Shown: positions 38,381 through 51,232, counted from the first letter of the stretch. The stretch: 64,000 bases of DNA from Octopus vulgaris (GCA_951406725.2 OX597831.1:14198001-14262000), one strand, 5' to 3'. Notes: a model not told the origin generated them from the sequence alone. Numbers and translations: made by a program.

Positions 38381-38760
38381 GTGGAGGCGCAATGGCCCAG
38401 TGGTTAGGGCAGCGGACTCGCGGTCGGAGGATCGCGGTTTCGATTCCCAGACCGGTCATTGTGAGTGTTTATTGAGCGAAAACACCCAAAGCTCCACGAG
38501 GCTCCGGCAGTGGGTGGTGGTGAACCCTGCTGTACTCTTTCACCACAACTTTCTCTCGCCCTTTCTTCCTGTTTCTCTTGTACCTGTATTTCAAAGGGCC
38601 AGCCTTGTCACACTCTGTGTCGCGCTGAATCTCCTCGCGAACTACGTTAAGGGTACACGTGTCTGTGGAGTGCTCAGCCACTTGCACGTTAATATCACAA
38701 GCAAGCTGTTCCGTTGATCGTATCAGCTGGGACCCTCATCGTCGCAACCGACGGACTGCT
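38381..38760 (+). mobile_element. SINE family D, full length
   Basis: Head gtggaggcgcaaTGGCCCAGTGGttagggcagcggactcgcggtc...GGTTTCGATTCC (A and B boxes); further copies at 42908-43275(+) and 49797-50089(+, different 3' half). Confidence 0.85.
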
Positions 38761-38832
38761 CCTATAATATATAAAATATTAACATATCAGTAATTATTAA
38801 AATATATAACATGCAGGAATAGAGATTGGGAT

Positions 38833-38956
38833 ATCTTACAGCTGTTTCAGCCAAGAGGCAAAAATACCTCATTCTACCTTTATCCCTCCAGTGGACTGAA
38901 GTAATTAGTAGATGAAATTGAGGTACTTGGGTGTTTCTCTGGGCTTCGCCAGAGAT
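38833..38956 (-). ncRNA. Hammerhead motif with long (~95 nt) stem II region
   Basis: Minus strand: atct-CTGGCGA-agcccagag...tacctca...tgaggta...ctcttggct-GAAAC-AGCT-GTA-agat; A6 is replaced by G. Confidence 0.55.
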
Positions 38957-39309
38957 TTTAGAAAGTACATAAGGTTAAGTAATAAATATAAATGCACACA
39001 TACATACATATACATAAATATACATAAATACATATACCTATTTCTTTATTACCCACAAGGGGCTAAACACAGAGGGGACAAACAAGGACAGACATAGGTA
39101 TTAAGTCGATTACATCGACCCCCAGTGCGTAACTGGTGCTTAATTTATCGACCCCGAAAGGATGAAAGGCAAAGTCGAAATACTGCTAAGCATTTCGCCC
39201 AGAGTACTAACGTTTCTGCCAGCTTGCAATCTACATGCAAATGTGCATGTATATGCATGCAAATGAATCAGTTATGATTATTATTATTATTATTAGATGC
39301 ATTATATTA

Positions 39310-39677
39310 TCTATGTATATAAACGGCAAAATGTCTGTGTGTGTGTGCATGTCCTTTATACAAATCCACAATTTTTCAGTTACAGGGCTCGCATTTTCTA
39401 TGGTCATTCAAAACCGTCCAAAGGTGGTCATGCACATCTTTACATTTCCCCAGTCACCCCGCAAAGCCATTAAAAAATCAATAGAAGTGACTTTTTTGTG
39501 AATTTTCTATCCAAAACCCAATCAAAATGCCCGAAGCTTGATACGCCAATTGAATGCCAGCTAGCTGTATGTGATTGGTCAGAGATTTGGACAGTACTCG
39601 TGTGTATGTGCACACGCAAGCAGCTGTATATGCATGCCCTAGCACTATGACCCGGCGTTGCCCGGTCATAGTGCTAG
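39310..39677 (+). mobile_element. Non-autonomous Helitron (~370 bp)
   Basis: A|TCTATGTATATAAA 5' end, short (GT)n near the 5' end, GC-rich 3' hairpin, CTAG|T 3' end, no TSD. Confidence 0.75.
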
Positions 39678-40536
39678 TTCATATTAGATAAAATATAAAC
39701 AGAGGAATGAGAAAGTTATAAGAGGAGTAACATCCCAATTTCAATTGCTCTATGTTATATAGATGCAGCACGGAATTTTGTCAGTGAACAGGTCGTGGTC
39801 TCAAAGTTAAACTATGATGATGATGATGATACCCCCCCCACACACACACATTTAAACTCATACATTTAGTTACCTTTCCATTGTTTCATGCCTTAAATAT
39901 GCCTACACCAGTTTATCCATTGTTGTCCTTGTGGACACCAGCTATAAACGAATAAATATTTGTTTACAGGTATGTCGGTGTATATGTGTATGACTATGTA
40001 CATATGCATGGCATGTTACAGTATGTGGGAATCTAATTAAGGAAGGTGGGCAACTGGTGATGAGTCTACCTTTGTTATGTATGTTGTCCTTCCTTCCACC
40101 AGAACCAGATTTAGCTTTGCTCACCCCCCACCTTCGCCTCCCTCCTTCTCAGTCTTCTCTGGGAAGATTCTCAAACAAGCTTCTACAAGACAGGTCACCA
40201 ACATGCTACTAATCTCCCTCTCTCTCTCTCTCTCTCTACCTATGTTTATTTCACTTGCTGTCTATGTATATTTATTTATATATAAATTTAAAATGAGGGT
40301 GAGAAATTAGATATTAATTTAATTAACATCGATTTCACACCACTGGTCTAGCATATAAAAAAAAACTGAAGGTTCAGTAAAATTGTATTATATACATATT
40401 AGAAGGAAACCACTATGTGGACACCCTTATGCTAGAAATAGATCCGCTATGGTCTTACCTCAAAGAAATGTTTATCGAAACAACCAAAACATAATCGAGC
40501 AAGACAAAAGAAAAAGCAATAAAAATATGGATTATT

Positions 40537-40606
40537 CACAGACATGTTTCACTATTAACATATTACGTAATTTTACTTACATAAATGTCCGTAGATCATC
40601 GGTGCG
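40537..40606 (-). ncRNA. Degenerate hammerhead motif between inverted repeats
   Basis: Minus strand: cgca-CCGATGA-tcta...tagt-GAAAC-AT-GTC-tgtg (palindromic ACATGT); lies between the inverted arms 40417-40472 and 40671-40726. Confidence 0.5.
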
Positions 40607-40723
40607 ACCGTCCAGATGAATATAATTTGGAGGACTGCATACTAGGACGTTTTGCTAAATTTTTCTTGAGAACATTTCTTAGTGGTAAGACCATAGCGGA
40701 TCTATTTCTAGCATAAGGGTGTC

Positions 40724-40782
<59 letters not shown>

Positions 40783-41157
40783 TATATACATATATAAACA
40801 ATTATAAACAAGGGCAAAAGAAAAACGATTTCTATGCCAATATGCTGAGAAATAGACTTTAAATCGTCAATCACCACATTACAATATACATTCACCATGA
40901 ATACACGTTGTGCTGAAATCGAAGAAGGCAAGCTAACAGAACTTTTAAAACTTCTTTATCTCTATATTGAATCAAGTTCGCGATTAATCCAAAGGATTTT
41001 TCCCTCATCGGTAGAGAATATGATAAGAAATAAATGGAATACTTACAAGCACCCATGGAAAAAAGCAGAAGCAATAGTCATGAGTACACATAAGTTTAAT
41101 ATGCTGGCCAGCTTGATGAAATTTTTGGAAAAAAATTTTATCTAATATTAGGAGTAA

Positions 41158-41216
<59 letters not shown>

Positions 41217-41502
41217 TATTTGGCCAATGCCAGCGCCGCCATGACTGGCTTCTGTGCCGGTGGTACGTAAAAAGCACCAACTGATCGTAGCCATTGCCAG
41301 CCTCTCCTGGCACCTGTGCCAGTGGCACATAAAAAGCACCCACTACATTCACGGAGTGGTTGGCATTAGGAAGAGCATCCAGCTGTAGAAACACTGCCAG
41401 ATCAGACTGGAGCTTGGTGCAGCCTCCTGGATTCCCAGACCCTGGTCGAACTGTCCAACCCATGCTAGCACGAAAACGGACATTAAACGATGATGATGAT
41501 GA

Positions 41503-41550
<48 letters not shown>

Positions 41551-43639
41551 TAACAAAATAATAAATAGAACATATGCATATATACATACATCTATATGTA
41601 TATATACATGCATATATGGGTTCTGGACACCAAAAAAAATATAGAACACAATGAGAAACGAAATCATAAAAACAAAAATATGGAAACGGACTTTTTTCAA
41701 ATAACAAAAAAAAAAAAACAGTACAAGACATACAACACAAGGAATATTCCCCTTCCTCAGTTGCCCCTGTAAAGTAATTCAATTAATAGTGAAAGCTATT
41801 ATCTATACTATTCTGAGTTCAAATTCCGCTGAGGTCGTCTTTGCCTTTCATCCTTTCGGGGTCCATAAATTAAGTACCAGTTGCATGCTGGAGTCGATGT
41901 AATCGACTTAATCCCTTGTCTGTCCTTGTTTGCCCCCTCTATGTTTAGCCCCTTGTAGGTAGTAAATAAATAAGAACAAATGGTATTTTCATCATGAAGA
42001 TCAATGCAGGATACGCTTAGAATCTTCTTTTACGTGTCTGTTTCTCTACATGTGTGTGCTTCTGTAGTTGTGCATGTGTGTTTATGGGTGTTTGTGTGTG
42101 TGTGTGTGTGTGTGCTTTTGTTAGAGCTGCTTTGGTAATATCAGATAAAGCTCATGAATAATCTTGGTTATCAAAAGTCTTATTTGATAAGATTATAAAC
42201 GAGATTATTTTGTGTAAACATAATTAGAATATATGATGCAAGTAACAGCTTGGAAAAGAACCATTCTCATGGAATTTGGAAATAATGATAACAACAACAA
42301 CAACAATAAAAAAGATAACAGTAACAACAACAACAACAATCCTTCCTACTCGAAGCACAAGATCTGAAATTTGCAGAGAAGAATCTCGTTGGTTACATCG
42401 ACCCCAGAGCTCATCTAGTGTTTGTTTTATTGACTGTGGAAAGTACCCTTGGTGCATTTGGCAGTATGACATGCTTGAGAAGACCTGTTGAGTTGATCAT
42501 CATCATCATCGTCATTTAATGCCTGCTTTCCATGCTGGCATGGGTTGGACGGTTTGACTGAGGGCTGGTGAGCCAGAAGGCTGCAACAAAATCCAATCTG
42601 ATCTGGCAGAGTTTCTACAGCTGGATGCCCTTCCTAATGCCAACCACTCTGAGAGTGTAGTGGGTGCTTTAATGTGCCACCGGCATGAAAAACCAAAGTC
42701 ATAGCTGTGGCCAGTGCCTCCTGACTTGTTCTCGTGCTGGTGGCATGTAAAAGGCACCATCAGAACGTGGCCAATGCCAGGTTCACCTGACTGGCTCCTG
42801 TGCTGGTGATACATAAAAGGCACTCTCTGAACATGATTAATGCCACTTCCCCATCATAATAAACACACACACTTGTTCTATTTCGTGTCTTTATTATGTA
42901 TTTGCTAGTGGAAGCACAATGGCTCAGTGGTTAGAGCAGCAGACTCACAGTCGCAGGATCATGGTTTCGATTCGCAGACCAGGCGTTGTGAGTGTTTATT
43001 GAGCAGAAATACCTAAAGCTCCATAAGGCTCTGGCAGGGGTTGGTGGCGGACCTGGCTATACTCTTTCACCACCACTTTCTCTCACTCTTTCTTCCTGTG
43101 GTACCTGTATTTCAAAGAGGCCAGCCTTGTCACACTCTGTGTCACACTGAATCTCCCTGAGAACAATGTTAAAGGTACACGTGTCTGTGGAGTGCTCAGC
43201 CACTTGCACGTTAATCTCACGAGCAGGCTGTTCCGTTGATCGGATCAACTGGAACCCTCGTTGTCGTAACCAGCAATTTGCTAATTGGTTAACTACTTAA
43301 CCAATTAGCAAATGAACTGTTTTATTAACCATTTAGTCAATTAATCAGCTAGGTTTGATAAACTCCTTTCATTGTCGTTGATGAAGTTGTGAATAGTGAT
43401 GAAAGGACTTTGATCAACCTTGCTGATTGATTGACTGACTGAATCATTAATCAAGCAATCAATTAATTGATTAAATATTTAGCCAATCAACAGATAAAAG
43501 ACAATAATGAAGTGAAATACAACCTGTGTTTTTTGTTTTATTATTGGTATAATGGCTCTCTGAAGATTAAAAAAAAATGTTTCAACACACAACTTCAGAT
43601 CAAGAATCTTGTGAACCAATGCAAGAAAAAAAATAGATG

Positions 43640-44030
43640 CAGGCATGGCTGTGTGGTAAGATGTTTGCTTCGCAACCACATGGTACCAGGTACAGTTCTA
43701 CTGCATGACATCTTGGGCAAGTGTCTCCTACTATACCATGGGCCGACCAAAACCTTTTTTGAGTGAATTTGGTAGACAGAAACTGAAAGAAGCCCCACAT
43801 ATATCTACATATGTACATATCTATGTGTATGTTTGTCCCCACCACTGCTTGGCAGCTGGTGTTGGTTTGTTTACATCCCTGTAACGTAGTAAGTTCAGCA
43901 AAAAAGACCGGTAGAATTAAGTACCAGATTTAAAACAATAAATAGTAGGGTGGATCTGTTCGATGAAACCCATCAAGGCTCTGCCCCAGCATGGCCACAG
44001 TCAAACGACTGGGATGAGTAAGAGATAAAT
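43640..44030 (+). mobile_element. SINE family A, older copy
   Basis: Diverged but colinear with the family A copies. Confidence 0.75.
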
Positions 44031-44033
44031 AAT

Positions 44034-44248
44034 CTTTTCTATTCTAGGCACAAGGCCAGAAAATTTTTTGGGTGGGGGCTTGTTAGTGAGATCGACCCAG
44101 TACGCAACTGGTACTTAATTTATCAACCCAGAAAGGATGAAATGCAAAATCGACCTCAGCAGAATTTGAACTCAGAACGTAAAGACAGACAAAATGCCGC
44201 TAAGTATTTCGTCTGGCGTGCTAACGTTTCTGCCAGCTCACTGCCTTA
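44034..44248 (-). mobile_element. SINE family C, full length with 17-bp TSD
   Basis: TSD agtaagagataaataat at 44017-44033 and 44249-44265. Confidence 0.88.
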
Positions 44249-44563
44249 AGTAAGAGATAAATAATGAACAGCAAATGTAATAGATATTATTGAACGTTAA
44301 AGTAAACAAAATCCATGAAATGTGAGTGACACTTTGTCAATAGAATTGATTGATCTATTGAACTCCTTGGAAAAATTATATATATAAAAAGACTAATCTT
44401 TAGCTGTGTGGTAAAACACTAGCTTCCTAACCATGGTTCTAGGTTCAGTTCCACTGCTCAGCACCTTGACCAAGAATCTTCTCCTATAGCCCCGGGCCGA
44501 ACAAGCCTTGTGAGTGGATTTAGTAGATGGATGGAACTAAAAGAAGCCCATCATATATATACA

Positions 44564-44799
44564 CAGGGTGTTCCAGAAGCAGGTTTACAGTTATTTAACT
44601 ATCTCTTCTGCATTCATATATTAACTGTTTAGATCTTAATTATAAAAAAAATATGAAGCCATTATTCTATGGTAATTTAGTTAATTTTGTCAAGCTCTCT
44701 TTTCAGTTTGTAAGACAGAAATTTAAATGTAATAAAATGTTTTAAAAGAAATTTGAAGTGCCTGTGTGATAACTGTAAACCTACTTTTGGGACACCCTG
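44564..44799. mobile_element. Tc1/mariner-type MITE (236 bp)
   Basis: ~31-bp TIRs: left cagggtgttccagaagcaggtttacagttat; right, reverse-complemented, cagggtgtcccaaaagtaggtttacagttat; TA on the right, CA on the left. Confidence 0.8.
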
Positions 44800-44838
44800 T
44801 ATATATATATATATGTATATATATGTATATACACACAC

Positions 44839-44869
<31 letters not shown>

Positions 44870-44919
44870 GTATAAATAATATATAAATATATGCATATAT
44901 ACATGCATATATGCACATA

Positions 44920-45680
44920 CCTACATTGCCTGTCGGCTCTACTCCTGCAACTCAACTTGATTTCGAGCCAGGTCGTCTGCTGCTGGAGAGGACCGATCAG
45001 GTAAAGGACCTGGGTATCTTGGTGGATTCCTCCTTTTCGCCTTCGGCCCAGTGCGTCCATGCTGCCAACAAAGCACGCGGAATTCTGTTCTTGATTCGAC
45101 GGTCATTCGAATGCTCACAGCAGCCATATTCCTACCACTCTATGTCCCGCTGGTGAGACCCATATTGGAGTATGGGATTCAAGCCTCTTCTCCTTATCTC
45201 CTCAAAGACATACAGCATCTCGAAAGAGTCCAGAAGCTGGCTACCCGCATGGTTCATGGTCTCAAAAATTTGTCCTACGAAGAAAGGCTGAGGATGCTCG
45301 ACTTTTATTCTCTTGAAAAACGCCGCCGCCATGGTGATCTCATTCTCGCCCACAACATCATAAGCGGAAAGTGTAACCTCTCGAAAGAGCTGTTCTTCAC
45401 TCCTGCTCCAGAGCGTCGGCTGCAGGGTCATTCCGAAAAGCTCTGCCTGCGACGATTTCATCTCAATCGAAGGAGAGGAGCTTTCTCCGTCCGGGTTGCG
45501 GATCCGTGGAACAAGCTGCCAGACGAGATGGTAAAGATGCCGACGACCGCTTTGTTCAAAGCCTCCCTGGACCTCAAGTGGCCTGAACTCTTTACATGAA
45601 CACCACCCTGTACTTAACTCCATGTCCCCCTACATGGCCTTGCTTTTTGCTTTTTAAGTCAAATTAACTAACTAACTAAC
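44920..45680 (+). mobile_element. 5'-truncated CR1-like LINE (C-terminal part of ORF2 plus 3' tail)
   Basis: KDLGILVDS...KARGILFLIRRSF (frameshift) LYVPLVRPILEYG...LERVQKLATRMV...SYEERL...LEKRR.HGDLI...FSVRVADPWNKLP; stop at 45599; 3' tail (TAAC)n at ~45665-45680. Confidence 0.88.
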
Positions 45681-45866
45681 ATATATGTATATATGGGTAC
45701 AGGACATTAAAAAAAACGTGAACAAAATGAGAAGCGAGAACATAAAAACAAAAACATAGAAAACGAACTTTTTTCGAACAACGAAAGAAACAAATAGAGA
45801 AACGAGACAAGCAACATAAAGAACATCCCCTTCGTCAGTTGTCCCCTGTTTTATCTACTCTGCGTT

Positions 45867-45900
<34 letters not shown>

Positions 45901-46676
45901 CCGGAGTAAGCACATAAATGTGAAAAAGGTGGAAAAAGAAAAGTACTCAATTACCAGAGGTAGAGCAATATGCTTTATTTAAAAGCAGTAGAAATATCAC
46001 AAAAACACTTACTCAGAGTTTTACTTTCCTGTTCGTTGAGAACATGAAACTCAGAGTAACAGTTTTTGTGATATTTCTGCTACTTGATGGGCTTCTTTCA
46101 GTTTCCATCTATGTATGTGTATCTTTATGTCTGTGCTTCTTCCCCCGCCACCCCACCGCTTAACAACAGGTCTTGGTTTGTTTGCATTCCCTGTAACTTA
46201 GCAGTTTGGCAAAAGAGAATGATAGAATAAATATCAGGCTTACAAAAGAAGTACCCAGGATCAATTGATTTGGCTAAAATATTCAAGGCAGTGCTCCAGC
46301 ATGGGTGTGGTCTAACAACAGAAACAAGTAAAATAAGAAGTATTGATCATTTGATGATAAAATGTAAATAATTCAGTGAATAAACACGCCTTTCTGTTTG
46401 TTTGTTTGTTTTTGTTCTTTTGACTTTTTTAAAAGTGACATTTTGGAATCGGAGAAATCTTGATGTCACCAAGTCCAGCTGTTAAACATGGAAACTATCA
46501 TGATAACACATTCACCTTCATATGTGCTTCTTCTGATAGACAGATGTTCTTTCCTCTGAGGTGGTGGGCCAGGCTATTGAACTTATAAATGTTATTATCT
46601 TTTATCTTTTACTTGTCTTAGCCATTAGATTGCAGGCCATGCTAGAGCACGATCTCAGAGAATTTTTAGTCAAATA

Positions 46677-47090
46677 GGAGCAGGAGTGGCTGTGTGGTTA
46701 GTAGCTTGCTTACCAACCACATGGTTCTGGGTTCAGTCTCACTGTGTGGCACCTTGGACAAGTGTCTTCTACTATAGCCTTGGGCCAACCAAAGACTTGT
46801 GAGTGGGTTTGGTAGACGGAAACTGAAAGAAGCCATTGTGTATATATATGTGTGTGTGTTCGTGTGTATGTATTTGTCCCCCACCCCCACACACACCATT
46901 GCTTGACAAGCAATGCTAGTGTGTGTTTACATCCCCGTAGCTTAGCAGTTCAGCAAAAGAGACCGATAGAATAAGTACTAGGCTTACAAAGAATAAGTCC
47001 TGGGGTCGATTTGCTCGACTAAAAGGCAGTGCTCCAGCATGGCCGTAGTCAAATGACTGAAACAAGTAAAAGAATAAAAAGAAAGAATAA
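46677..47090 (+). mobile_element. SINE family A, full length
   Basis: Colinear with 22077-22505. Confidence 0.88.
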
Positions 47091-47418
47091 AATGATATTA
47101 AAATTTCAGAGCTGCAAGTTAATACATGACTAATTTGAATCCAGGTGAGTTAATTAGTTTTACATTTCACAGACTAATATGAATGCTCATGGGTTAAGCA
47201 TTGAGTTACCTGAGCACAAACTATCAAACCATCAGACTGTCTCTAGTTTCACTGGAATCTAATTGTTTCGCTTTCATTCAGATAATTAAGTAATTTGTCG
47301 TCACCATCTGATCTTGGCCATCCAAGAATAGCATTGAATGGCAGACAGGATTCCAGGATGGCACCAGAATCGTCTGCCGTTGTTGATTTCCACTTTGTGT
47401 ATACTCTCTTGTTTTTCA

Positions 47419-47627
47419 CTCTCTTTTACTTGTTTCAGTCATTTGACTGCGGCCATGCCGGAGTATAACCTTTAGTCGAGCAAATCGGACCCAGGATTTA
47501 TTCTTTGTAAGCCTAGTACTTATTCTATCGGTCTCTTTGGCCGAACCGCTAAGCTACGGGGACATAAACACACCAGCATCGGTTGTCAAGCGATGTTGGG
47601 GGGACAAACACAGACACACAAACATAT

Positions 47628-47673
<46 letters not shown>

Positions 47674-47833
47674 CGGGCTTCTTTCAGTTTCCATCTACCA
47701 AATCCACTCAAAAGGCTTTGGTTGGCCCGAGGCTGTAGTAGAAGACACTTGCCCAAGGTGCCACGCAGTGGGAATGAACCTGGAACCACGTGGTTGGTTA
47801 GCAAGCTACTTACCACACAGCCTCACCTTCGCC
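47419..47833 (-). mobile_element. SINE family A, full length, tail-to-tail with 46677-47090
   Basis: Reverse complement of the family A sequence. Confidence 0.88.
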
Positions 47834-48248
47834 TATACGTGTGTCTGTATTGTGTGTGTGTTTGTGCTTGTGTGTCTCTGTGTGGTTGGGTGTGTGTGCA
47901 TGAGTGTTTGTGTGTATGTGTGTGTGCACACACTCTTCAATCGTCAGGCAATATGCTGTGATTGTGAAAACCTGTTGAACTGAGTGAAATCGTAATTGTG
48001 GCTGATGCCAGTGCCGCCTGACTGGCACCCATGCCGGTGGCACATAGAAAAGTGCCAGTCAGGTGTATCCAATGCCAGTGCCACCTGAAAGGCTCCCATG
48101 CTTGTAGCACTTAAAAAGCACCTCCTACACTCTCAGAGTGGGTGACATTAGGAAGGGCATCCAGCTGTAAAAAACCTTGCCAAATGCCATTGGAACCGTC
48201 CAACCGATATCAATATGGAAAGTCAACGCTAAATGATGATGATCATGA

Positions 48249-48310
<62 letters not shown>

Positions 48311-48326
48311 ATATATCTGTCTGGCT

Positions 48327-48516
48327 GTTGCCATGATAGATCGTTAGCCCCTACACACATTTTTTTCTCTCCTTTTTTTTTTCTGTGTCCTTTCTGTAGA
48401 AGAGCGTAGGCTCGAAACATAAAGGACTTTTATTTTATTCCTGAGTGTTATACTAATACATCTGTTTGTTTTGTACACCACCTGTCTTCGTCTTTTTTTT
48501 TTTCGTAAACTGTCCC
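48327..48516 (+). mobile_element. Family G copy
   Basis: Same termini as 31705-31907; motif at 48389-48425; TA tracts on both sides. Confidence 0.75.
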
Positions 48517-49010
48517 TATATATCACACGCTCACGTGGTCGCACATGTTGATCCTGTCATTTCTTATCACACACAAACTTCTCCACTGGACTCTCTATCT
48601 ACCCTTTATGGATTCTCTTTTGGATATTTACCCTCCGGTTGCACCTTTCCTACCTATGGATTACTGTGGACTCTACCCTATATATATATATATATATATT
48701 TATACACATACACATACATACATGCATGCATACAGGCATACACTCATACATATGTACATATATATCATGAACTAACTGTTACTTTCTGAGATGCAGCACG
48801 GAATTTTGTCGGTGAACAGGTCGCGGTCTTATAGCGACGAAAATATTTTTGCAAATTAAATTTAAATGTTGAAGTGAATCTAACGGTTTTTGTGTGTTTC
48901 CTAAGTGGCTTATAAACACCTTCCACGCTGCAATTGTTTATACATATATATGTGTGTGTGTGTGTATCTGTATGTATATATATATATATATATATATATA
49001 CATGTGTATG

Positions 49011-49045
<35 letters not shown>

Positions 49046-49056
49046 GTGTATGTATG

Positions 49057-49087
<31 letters not shown>

Positions 49088-50226
49088 CTGCATGTACATG
49101 TGTGAGAAAAACACTATAAAACCTAGTGATGATGATGTTAATGATGATGGAAAGCAGAATTTTTTGCAGACTCTGTCCACTAAGTAGTGTGGATGGATGA
49201 AGAGAGGTGGATGGTGGGTGTATACAGTTGTAACGATGAATATATACACTGGAGAAAAACCACGGGGATGATAATCATACCACATCGACATCAACAACAA
49301 CAACATCAGCAATTACATCGAAAGCAACAACGAAAGACTTGTAGATGTGGAAGGATTATAGGGACATTATAGCTTAATTCTAAGTGGAGATGGTGGCAGC
49401 ATGGGGGAGGAGGTGAGAGGTTGGGAGTGAATGGGGTGATGATTGTGGTGGTGGTGGGGTGTGGCTAATGATGGTGATGTTGAAGATGATGATTTCATGA
49501 TATGATGAGGAAGAGGAGGAGGCAGATGATGTGATGGAAAAATGTTGACATTTCCAAGTGGTAGTTTTTGTTACTTTGGTACAATAGAGAAATGTTAATG
49601 TATAACAACAACAACGACAACAATAACAGCTCTATTGGCAACAACACTTGCAGTGATGAAAAGAAAGTAACAACAACAACAACAACAAATATGACAATAA
49701 GGATAACACAAATAACAACAAACACACAAACAACTGCACTAACCATTACAACAACAACAATCCTGACTCCATGCAGAGACAACAGCAGCAGCAACAGGCG
49801 GCGCAATGGCCCAATGGTTAGAACAGTGGACTTGAGGTCGGAGGATCGCGGTTTCGATTCCCAGACCAGGCGTTGTGTATGTTTATTGAGCGAAAACACC
49901 TAAAGCCCCACGAGGCTCCGGCAGGGGGTGGTGGCAACCCCTGTTGAACTCTTTCTCTCCAACTTTCTCTCACTCTTTCTTCCTGTTTCTTGTCCCCGAC
50001 TTCCTACGCAACCGCTGAGCCTGGATGCGCATTCATCCATCCGTTGACGCTCTCGGTGTCGGGGGTTGACCTGCTTTCTCTTCTGCAGCTTTGGTCGGCC
50101 TGAGGCTATAGTAGAAGATACTTGCCCAAGGTGCCATGCAGTGGGAATGAACCCAGAACCGGTAGTTGGCATGCAGGCTACTTACCACACAGCCATACCT
50201 GCACCTATGTATGTATATATATTTGT

Positions 50227-50299
50227 GCCGCCATAGCTCAGTGGTTAGAGCACTGGTCTTGTAAACCAGTGGCCGTGAGTTCAATTCTCTCTCAAGGCT
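50227..50299 (+). pseudogene. tRNA-Thr(TGT) pseudogene
   Basis: gccgccaTAGCTCAGTGGTTAGAGCactggtctTGTaaaccag..gtgaGTTCAATT: D arm and anticodon arm intact (TGT at 50260-50262); acceptor stem has 3 mismatches and T stem has 1. Confidence 0.75.
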
Positions 50300-50766
50300 T
50301 CTGTTTAGTAGTCCAACCCATGCCAGCATGGAAAATGGATGTTAAACAACAATGACAATGATGCATTTGTGTGTGTGTGTGTGTGTTTGTCTCCCACCAC
50401 ATCGCTTGGTGTTGGTGTGTTTACGTCCCCGTCACTTAGCAGTTTGGCAAAAGAGACTGACAGAATAAGTACCAGGATTACAAAAGAATAAGTCTGGTGT
50501 TGATTTGTTTAGCTAAAAGGTGGTGCTCCAGCATGAGCGCAGTCAAACGACTGAAACAAATGAAATAGAACAGTAACAGCAAGAACAACAATCGGCAAAA
50601 ACAACAACAAATAAAATAAAAATAACAAATATAATAAACAGCAAAAACAACAATTATAATTAGAAGCCCTTAATGACATCTTTTGGCAATTAATTGTAGT
50701 AATTTTTTCAGTTTTGTTTGATATCTTTTTAGTCATTGTTGACAGTTCTTTTTTACGTTCTTTCTT

Positions 50767-51198
50767 TGGTGGTGGTGGTGGTGTCGATGGTGGGGATGGT
50801 GATGCGGTGGTGGTGTTGGTGGTGATGATGATGATGATGGGATAGTGATGCAGACGGTGGTGGTGGTGGTGGAGGTAGCAATGACAGTTTGATGTTGATA
50901 GCGGTGATGATAATGATAGTGATGATGATGGTAATGATGATGGGATGATGGTAGTGGTGTTGACGGTGATGATGATGATGATGATGATGATGGTATCGAT
51001 GACCCTATTATAGTTACTGTTGCTGCCCAAGTTCTTTCTGCACCAGTGAGCATCACCATTGCCGGCACCACCACCACCACCACCACCACCACCACCACCA
51101 CCACCACCACCACCACCACCACCATCACCACCACCACCACCACCACCACCATCATCATCATCACCACCACCACCACCACCATCGCCATCATCATCACC

Positions 51199-51232
<34 letters not shown>

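Larger units (their letters stand above)
44401..46340 (+). mobile_element. SINE family A split by ~1.55 kb of nested insertions
   Basis: Head at 44401-44553 and tail at ~46110-46340 in the same orientation; MITE, CR1 and PLE-like pieces lie between them. Confidence 0.6.

Noticed and set aside
38385-38456. tRNA genes at SINE D/E heads (also 56119 and 15860-15927)
   Set aside because: No full cloverleaf; they continue into multi-copy SINE bodies.
45132-45623. 163-aa minus-strand ORF
   Set aside because: Antisense shadow of the CR1 ORF.
50227-50299. Functional tRNA-Thr gene
   Set aside because: Acceptor and T stems are mismatched; reported as a pseudogene.
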